Positions 55,528 through 64,000 of a stretch of 64,000 bases of DNA are shown here, piece by piece. How positions within the stretch are numbered: position 1 is the first letter of the stretch; each line of letters opens with the position of its first letter. Location: assembly GCF_006345805.1 (NCBI RefSeq), contig NC_043013.1, positions 38,936,001-39,000,000 on the forward strand, written 5' to 3'. This DNA is from Octopus sinensis (Eukaryota). A program made the position numbers and the translations under genes. The notes beneath the pieces were generated by a model, which did no database searches, had not been told where the DNA came from, and saw only the letters and a program-made list of their open reading frames with translations.

Positions 55528-56830
55528 ATTGCAAACAATGAATGAAATAAAAATGAAATGAAAAAAATCGTATGAATAAAAAGGCATTACTACAGATGTA
55601 TACACCCCCGACTTTGTTGCCTCATAACACCCGGAAATATGGATACTTCTTAACAAAATTTTCTACAAATACCGCTCAGATGTTGTGGCTTTAGGGTATA
55701 CAGGGATTTATGGGAAAGAATTTTTGCGAGGCGGTGGAGAGAGGAATTTCAGAAAATCCACATGATCTGACTTTTTCCCCTCATAACTTTCAGGAAGATG
55801 GATATCTTTTAATGAAAATTTAAACAAATCCCTTTCAAACAGCAGAAATTTGATTACAAAGAAATTTGTGGGGAAAATGTTTACGGGGATTTTCCCAATT
55901 TTTTAAAACCACAGCCTACGAAATGATGGGGTTGGGGGTGGGACGTCTTTGTATGAAAAAGTTTTGAAAACTCTTTTTTTTTTACACCCCTTCCCTCATC
56001 ATCCCACTCCAAAACTATTTTGACCAATTTTTTGCACTTCAAAACCATGGGAAGAGTATTTTTTTAAATGTTAATATTTTAGGAGGAAAAGCGATTTAAA
56101 GACAATTTTGCTGTTGTTTCTAGCACATCCAAAGACAACCCTCTTCATTTCTTTATCGCTCTCGCATGTGTTGATGTTTTTCAATATCCCCCCCCCATAA
56201 ATACATTTATATGCTATAAAAAAGAAAATTTAAGAAATTATGAAGTTTTGCAACCCCACTCGCTGCCCCTGATTGTATCTGTTTGGAAATTAAAATATTG
56301 GAGAGCCTGAGAAGGTCATTGCTGGCATTTATCCACAGTGATTTTTAAAAATTACAGCGATATATTTGCATAGCAAGTGACTTGATATGAGATCATGTGC
56401 TGAAACAAAAACAATTGCAGTGTAGATGTTCGTAAGCCATTCAAGAACTCACAGAAACCATTAGATTCACGGTACTACTTAAATACAGAGGTCCCGATGC
56501 ACCTACGCAACGATATGAAGAGGAGGGTTAGTTGTAGGGTTACGATTAGGGCTAGTTTTAGGGTTGGTTAGGGTGTCATTACACATCTACACAGCGTACA
56601 TTTACGTAACATCTGTATTCAAGTAGTACCTCTGTATTTAAGTAAGGGACCTCTGTATCTAAATAGTACCAGTTCCACTTCAACATTAAAATTTCATGTG
56701 TCAAAATATTTTCGTCATTTTGAAACCGCGACCTGTTCTCTGACAAAACTTCACAAAAGTGATGCAGCACGAAGTTTTGTCAGTGAATAGCACGCGCGCG
56801 CTCGCGCACACACATTCATTGCCTTTCACT

Positions 56831-57250
56831 GAAAAAAGGATGGAGAAATCTCATAGCGGTGAGAATCAGTGTCGATTGAAAAAAAGGCGGGAAAATCGCA
56901 TAGAAGTGAAAGTCTGTGATATATGAAAAGGGGGCGAAGAAATCCCTTAGAAGTGAAAAACTGTGAGAATTGAAAAGGGACGGACAAATCCCATAGAAGT
57001 GAATATATGTGAGAGCTTAAAAAGGGGCGGCTAAATCTCATAGCAGTGAGAACCAATGACGATTGAAAAGAAGGCGGGAAAATCAAATATAAGTGAAGGT
57101 CTGTGAGAAGTAAAAACTGGGTGGAGAAATCTGATAGAGGTGAGAACCTGTTTGGATTGGAAAGGAGGCGGGAAAATCACTTAGAAGTGACAGTCTGTGA
57201 GAAGTTAAAAGGGCTGTATAAATTTAAGAGACGAGGGTCTGTGACGCCTG
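56831..57250 (+). repeat. Degenerate ~46-47-bp minisatellite, about 9 units, with a dimeric higher-order pattern
   Basis: Units read aaaa(a)ggcggRaaaatcNcatagaagtgaNNNtctgtgaNNNttg. Confidence 0.85.
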
Positions 57251-58009
57251 ACAGGGGGCGTATTTAATAAAATAAATTTTAACTTTTAAACTTTTAAACT
57301 TTTCTAACTCTATGGTTAAGAAAGAATTATATGGATGCAAGTGTAAATTTTTTTGTCTTTTCCCTAAGATCGAGGATTTGGGTAAAAAGGTTCAGTTTTA
57401 TTATTTATCATTTTAATATTTTAGTATACAAGAATGCAATGTTTGCGATCCTTTACAGGGAATCCAACAACGCTGGGAGGAAGGTAACTTCATGCCAAGA
57501 ATACTTTGAACAGAATAGACTCTATTAAAGGTACCGAGGTGTCAGGTGGTGGTGTTAAACTGGATGACGGATTACGTCTACTACCTGAGTAGAAAGACCC
57601 TGGTGGGATATGAATTATGAATGCAAAGAATCAGAATAAATACCACAAGGCATTCGGTCCAAAATTCTTCCGTTCCACCGTTCTCCTGCCCTGGATTGCT
57701 ACTTTACCTTTATCAACCCCCAAAGTATGAAAAGCAAACTTGGCCTTTGCGGGATTTAAAAACAGAACATCAGGAGTCAGAAGAAACGCTACAAAAGACA
57801 TCTGGTCCAAGGTTCTTACAATTCTATCTATCCAAACCCCTGGAATCTTTTTATCGACCCCAAAAGCATTAAACACAAAACTGCTCATGGCTGAATTTGA
57901 ACTCAAAGCCCAGAGATTTAGGACAAATACCGCGAAGTTTTCTGTCTGATACTCTGAAGACTCTACCAATGTAGTCCAACACTATGGCGAAGAAAGAAAA
58001 TTTTTTTCC

Positions 58010-58722
58010 GTTTGTTTTCTCTGTTTCTTTTCAACCCCATTCGATCTAATGATGTTTCGATAAACTCTGAAGTCTCTAAAGTGTAACACACCAAATTAGG
58101 AAAATACAACCGTTTCTGATTTTGATATTATATTCTTTGTTGTATTATGTTTTTTCCTCCCATCTTCATGTATTGTCAGTGAAGGCGCGTGGCCAAGTGG
58201 TGTTGTACTCACACCTAATGCAAAAATATTTTGCATTTATTTTTGTTTTCTCATTAATAAAGAATTAAAGGATTAAACATAGTGAACAGACTAGCGATAT
58301 AAATATATATTCCAAAGGCCTATGGAGTCGGTTGCCCGCTTTCTCAAGTTTTCCATGAAATTCGTCCATCCTACAATATTCCCACCGGGTTACTTATTGA
58401 CAGCTAAATGTAGAAGACTAATGTGAAATGAAGCGTTTTGCTCAAAAACATAACATACGACCTGGTCTAAGAATCGAAACCATGGTCCCGCGATTGTAAG
58501 TGCACCACCTTAGGTGTGAGTACAACACCACTTGGCCACGCGTCTTCACTGACAATACATGAAGATGGGAGGAAAAAAACATAATACAACAAAGAATATG
58601 ATATCAAAATCAGAAACGGTTGTATTTTCCTAATTTGGTGTGTTACACTTTAGAGACTTCAGAGTTTATCGAAAAGTCATTAGATCGAATGGGGTTGAAA
58701 AGAAACAGAGAAAACAAACGGA
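58010..58722. repeat. Inverted repeat with ~205-bp near-identical arms (58010-58217 versus 58511-58722) and a ~295-bp spacer
   Basis: ccgtttgttttctctgtttcttttcaacccc pairs with ggggttgaaaagaaacagagaaaacaaacgg. Confidence 0.95.
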
Positions 58723-59017
58723 GAATTTGTAAAAGAAAAAAGAAAATGCAATGAAGATGAAAAACCAAAATACACAGAGGAAATTATGAAAGGAGACTTA
58801 AGAGGCATTTGAATATTTTGTGAAAGGGAGCGTTTTTCTAGGTTGTACACACACACACACACACACATCTATGTATGATATGTATGTTATCAAGAAAATC
58901 AAAGAATAATATTTAATCAATATATGTACTCTGCTAAAAGGTGTTGAATGAACCATTATTTATTTAAATCGTCTATCCATACCACTTCATGTGTATGTAT
59001 GTATGTATGTATGTATG

Positions 59018-59049
<32 letters not shown>

Positions 59050-60588
59050 TGTCATTGTTCAGTTTTTATTTGAAGATTTCTTGCCAATAGAGAAAGAGCC
59101 AGTCTCTAACCTAGATCCAAGGCGCCTTCATTGGAATTTCAACATCAACAACAGTGTATTTTGTTCGCATGTATGTATGTATGTATGTATGTATGTATGT
59201 ATGTATGTATGTACGTACGTATGTATGTATGTATGTATGTATGTATGTATGTATGTATGTATTATGTATGTGTGCAGATTTGTATGTTTTGTTTTATGTA
59301 TTTATTCTCATGCATATGGTTGCATATCTAGACATTATATATATATTTAAATGATAAACTTCAGGAAAGTTTTACAGATCTTCACAGTTCCAGTGATGGA
59401 TTGGATCTGTAATCTTCAAATAAGCTTTCTCCTTTCTTATTTTGAGAAGCTTAATTTCTCAAGATTGGTATTTAGGTAGTGTGTTACATATCCCAGGGCC
59501 CCAAAAATTACAGGTATAAACCTGAACTTGGAATCTGGATAGAGTACCTGCAGATTTCTCAATGTATGTATGAATGTATGTATGTTTGTATGTATGTATG
59601 TATTCATGTTTTTATGTTTGTATGTATATACGTGCGTATGTATGTAATGTATATATGTAATGTTTGTATGTACATCCTTTTGTCACCATTCGCATCCTCA
59701 TAATGACATGCCCTTTCTTCTCCAGGTCTGCTTCAGGTTTGTCTACCCTCCATCCATGACTTTTGAAGTAAATGTAAGTCATTAAGTACGTTGGAAGTGA
59801 GGGAATTATTCTCATCAGATTAATCTGGATGTTTATGCTTAGTAAATCCCAGGATTTGTGAGATGCGTTGATTGTTTGTATTTCTCAATAGAAACCAGAA
59901 GTCATTAGCAACTGAGGGACTATTCGTATCTTGACGTTTTTCAAGTGTTATACCCAGTTTGGTCTGAAGTTGAAGTTTGACATCTATGTATGATATGTAT
60001 GTTATCAAAGTTATCAAAGTGTTTTTAAAGTTCTTGTAGATTTAGCTCGGAACTGAATTTCAACTTAAGTAATTAGTACTTGCTTTTGTCGAATGTAAAT
60101 AATACGGTTACAACCACAGTAATTTATTATTTGATCCAAGGAGTGGGGCAGAGAAGGCTCGAGTCAGTTTGATCGATTGACTATCAACAATCATGTAATA
60201 AAGGTGGTGTCCTATATTTACCGCATGCATGTTGCCAGGTTGTTTTGTATATTTGTTTTTCTGTTGAACTAATGTGTTGGTGATGGCAAGGTGTCATAAA
60301 GCACAGGTGGCTCTAAGATGTGTGTCATTTCTGTTGAAACAGTGTGTTAGTGATAATGATATGACATGAAGCACAGATGGGTAGATACTCTTTTACTTGT
60401 TTCAGTCATTTGACTGCGGCCATGCTGGAGCACCGCCTTTAGCCGAGCAAATCGACCCCGGGACATATTCTTTGTAAGCCCAGTACTTATTCTATCGGTC
60501 TCTTTTGACGAGCCGCTAAGTGACGGGGACGTAAACACACCAGCATCGGTTGTCAAGAAATGCTAGGGGGACAAACACAGACACACAA

Positions 60589-60659
<71 letters not shown>

Positions 60660-61027
60660 TATACATATATACGACAAGCTTCTTTCATTTTCCGTCTACC
60701 AAATCCACTCACAAGGCATTGGTCGGCCCGGGGCTATAGCAGAAGACACTTGCCCAAGATGCCACGCAGTGGGACTGAACCCGGAACCATGTGGTTGGTT
60801 AGCAAGCTACTTACCACACCGCCACTCCTGCGCCTCATTTGCATTTTTTTTTCAAACATCATGACTGCTTGTCATTTTGTTCTATGCAATACGATTTGAC
60901 CCAACTCTGGTGTTGAAACCATCAAAAATGAAGTAAAAGTGGTCAGTAGATGGCACATTACCAAGGGTTTGGTCGCCGTCATCATAGAAACTGTTTTTAT
61001 CTGTGCTATCTGCTACCTGAATTGGTA

Positions 61028-62294
61028 CGAGGGGCGTTCAATAAGTAATACCTCTGACCCACTTGCATGTGCAATTATTCATATCTCTATAGATTAAGTG
61101 GCAAATTACAGCTCTGAACTAATTGTGGTTTCTGATTTACATGTGTTTGAACTGAGTCAAGTGTGAAATGGAGCCTGTTGAGTGTCGAGCAGTGATCCGG
61201 TTTTTGTATTTGAAAGGACGCACACCACGGGAAACTTTTCATGAAATGAAAGTAACTTATGGTGATGATGCCCCATCATATGACCTTGTAAAACGATGGC
61301 ATCGTGGATTCAAACATGGTTGGAACTCTGTGGAAACAGCTCCCAGATCTGATCGCCCCCCTTTCTGCCATTGATGAGGCAGCTGTCCGTCAAGTTGAGG
61401 CTGCCATTTTGGAAAATCGACGCATAACTATTCGCCAAATAGCCCATGAGGTCAAGATTAGTACCGGGTCTGTGGAAACTAACATTCATGACCATTTGCA
61501 TATGCAAAAGGTGTCTGCCAGATGGATTCCCAGGTTGCTCACACCTTTCCAGAAGCAAGAACGCGTCGAGTGCGCGAGGATGAATTTGGAGATGTGCCAA
61601 GAAGATGAGTCAAAATTTTTCAAAAGACTGATTACACAGGATGAAACCTGGGTCCATCACTATGATCCAGAGACCAAAGCCCAGTCAATGCAGTGGAAGC
61701 ACCGTGACTCACCTCCTCCAAAGAAGGCAAGGGTGCAGCCCTCCGCTGGCAAGGTCATGCTCACAGTCTTCTGGGACCAGGACGGAGTAGTGATGACAGA
61801 TTTCCTGGCAAAGGGTACCACAATTACAGGAGCCTATTATGCTTCACTTTTGAGGAAATTAAGAGAAACTATCAAAATCAAGAGGCGGGGCAAGATCAGC
61901 AAAGGCATCCTCCTCCAGCAGGACAACGCTCCGGTCCACAACTCGCTTGTCGCCAGATCAGAAGCACAGGCGTGCGGCTATGAACACCTACCCCATCCCC
62001 CCTACTCTCCTGACATTGCACCCTCTGATTTTCACCTCTTCCCAGCCATGAAGTTGCTTTTGAAAGGAAAGCGTTTCCCAGATGATGCAGCCTTGATTTC
62101 TGAAGTCACGTCGCGGTTGGAGGACTAGACTGGGGTCTTCTACAAAAACGGTCTCCAGAGCTGCATCAAACGATGGGAGAAATGCGTAACTCTGGGTGGT
62201 TCCTATGTAAAAAAAGACTAATAACTGTGCCAAGTTTCGTTGCTCTACTACCATGGGAAGTGGGTCAGGGGCATTACTTATTGAACGCCCCTCG
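61028..62294 (+). mobile_element. Full-length 1267-bp DD34D mariner (Himar1/irritans-like) with 37-bp TIRs and TA TSD
   Basis: TA|CGAGGGGCGTTCAATAAGTAATACCTCTGACCCACTT at the left end, with a 2-mismatch inverted copy at the right end. Motifs WIPRLLT, QDETW, QDNA and YSPDIAPSD are present. There is one frameshift near 61360 and a TAG at 62126. Confidence 0.97.
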
Positions 62295-62480
62295 TACATA
62301 AACATTAATAGTGCATGTGCCATTATTCCTACAAGATTGATACATAAAGATATTATTCTTGGGCTGAAGCCATGGGGTAGCTCCACACTTTATTGAATGC
62401 ATGTCTTCCAGGTAATAATGTTAGTCCCATGTTGGCGAGGTCAGTCACCCTCCCATTCTATCTAGTAGAAAATATAACCA

Positions 62481-62787
62481 GGCGGCGAGCTGGCAGAAAC
62501 GTTAGAAAAAGCAGCGAGCTGGCAGAAACGTTAGAAAAGGCAGCGAGCTGGCAGAAACGTTAGCACGACGGTTGAAATGCTTAGCAGTTTTTCGTGTCTT
62601 TACATTCTGAGTCCAAACTCCACCGAGGTTGACTTTGCCTTTCATCCTTTCGGGGTCGATAGATTAAGTACCAGTTACGCACTGGGGTCGATGTAATCGA
62701 CTTAATCCCTCTGTCTGTCCTTGTTTGTCTCCTTTATGTTTGAAATCGTTGGGTCAAATCGTATTGTGGGCAATAAAGAAATAAGAA
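62481..62787 (+). mobile_element. SINE family B with a triplicated 5' head
   Basis: gcgagctggcagaaacgttag occurs three times in 62481-62545. Confidence 0.92.
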
Positions 62788-62983
62788 AATTTAGCCATTT
62801 TCTAGAAAACTAGACACAGCAAGTTTTGTTGCACTCAAAGCTGCAATATCAATATCTAGTCGTGTTGCTTCTTTATCTATTCGACATTCAAGTATGTTTG
62901 TACCATGCTGTAGGGTACGAATATCCCATGATGCAATGTTCATTATAATGTGCTACCTTCTACAAAAAGTTTTTTTTCTTGAC

Positions 62984-63016
<33 letters not shown>

Positions 63017-63699
63017 TTCATTGGCTTTATTTTCGGTCATTAAACTTGGATGCCATGTTGATAGCAGTTAGGAACAAAGTAACTCAAGACTTGTTAAAAG
63101 AAACTTATCTATCTCTTTCCTCTGATTAAAAGAAATAAGTCCTACATGCAAAGGGTTACTTCGTCAAAAGGGCAAAACTGACGTGGACCATAATCCTCCT
63201 AGTCCGCAGCAACCATCACATCTTTGTTACTATCATGTGTGCTTATGACTGAGAGCTTCCACTAATATCCTCTACCTGCTCCTGTCGTTACTTTCCTTTC
63301 ACTGATGGACTTCTGGCGGGAGTGGATTGTTGTCTGTTTGAGGGACATTTGCAAGAGAATAAATTAAAATGAAGTTGGTTTGTGATTAACCATCTCCATT
63401 TTCCGTTCCTTAATTCTGCTAATCCGTTGGCATAGGGACCATGATGAGTAGGACAATAAAACTGTCTAAGAGACCAGCTTTGAAACAGAATATCAGTTGA
63501 CTTGAGATAAGATCTTTTTCCAATGAGGCTACTCCGTCACTACTGCTTAATGGCTTATAAAACCTCATCCTTATTGTGGTCTGTCTTGTTTTTGGTCCTG
63601 TAGAGTGTCCACCACACTCCTTCCAAATGACAAATCAGTTGAGGAACAGTTTTAGTTGTCGATCACTTGACCACGTGATAAATAATGCTGGATGCTATG

Positions 63700-63945
63700 T
63701 TGTCAGGTATGGGTTATACCTAACCTGATAAATTATTGCCAAGATGCTGCTGAAACGATTCAATGAGCGCCTTTCTAAACAGATTCTCGTCCGAGAAAGT
63801 CTATATGGTTTTCTATAGAACTTGGAACAGACAGCTAGTACAGTTTCCAGTCTTTGTCAACTTCGGGAAAGGGCCAGGACAATTTCTTCGTGATTTTCGT
63901 TGATCTTACCAAAGTATTTGACAGAGTTAATCCTAAGGGCCAATG
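63700..63945 (+). mobile_element. RTE-type LINE reverse transcriptase fragment
   Basis: KIIAKMLLKR..ESLYGF.. and IFVDLTKVFDRVN in broken frames. Confidence 0.7.
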
Positions 63946-64000
63946 AAAGCGCTCTCTCTCCCTCTTTCTCTCTCTCCACTTCATTCTCTTTCGCTGGAAG

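Noticed and set aside
56525-56580. Interstitial telomere (ttaggg-like motifs; also ctaaccctaaccct at about 50278)
   Set aside because: Only a few degenerate, non-tandem units, which are common inside repeats.
56831-57250. CRISPR-like array
   Set aside because: Whole units are homologous with no unique spacers, the context is eukaryotic, and there are no cas genes.

Overview
AT-rich, microsatellite-dense eukaryotic DNA. The SINE families and repeat style suggest an octopod cephalopod; this is an inference from recalled SINE motifs, with no database search run. One clear host gene is present: a secreted-pathway multicopper oxidase (laccase/ferroxidase-like) whose whole ectodomain lies in one ~2 kb exon (4391-6395). 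A phase-matched downstream exon (11117-11232), missed by the ORF track, adds a transmembrane anchor and is itself tandemly duplicated. The rest is repeats: four tRNA-derived SINE families, four decayed Tc1/mariner elements (one full-length with TIRs), L1/Tx1-, RTE- and CR1-type LINE remnants, a Helitron-like non-autonomous element and minisatellites. The main unexplained layer is about 9 minimal type-I hammerhead-ribozyme folds in short AT-rich elements next to (TA)n tracts, together with many fold-back and nested inverted repeats, as expected for Penelope-like or retrozyme elements. Two of the hammerheads lie on the sense strand of the oxidase intron between the ectodomain exon and the membrane-anchor exon. 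All coordinates were counted by hand; repeat boundaries are approximate.
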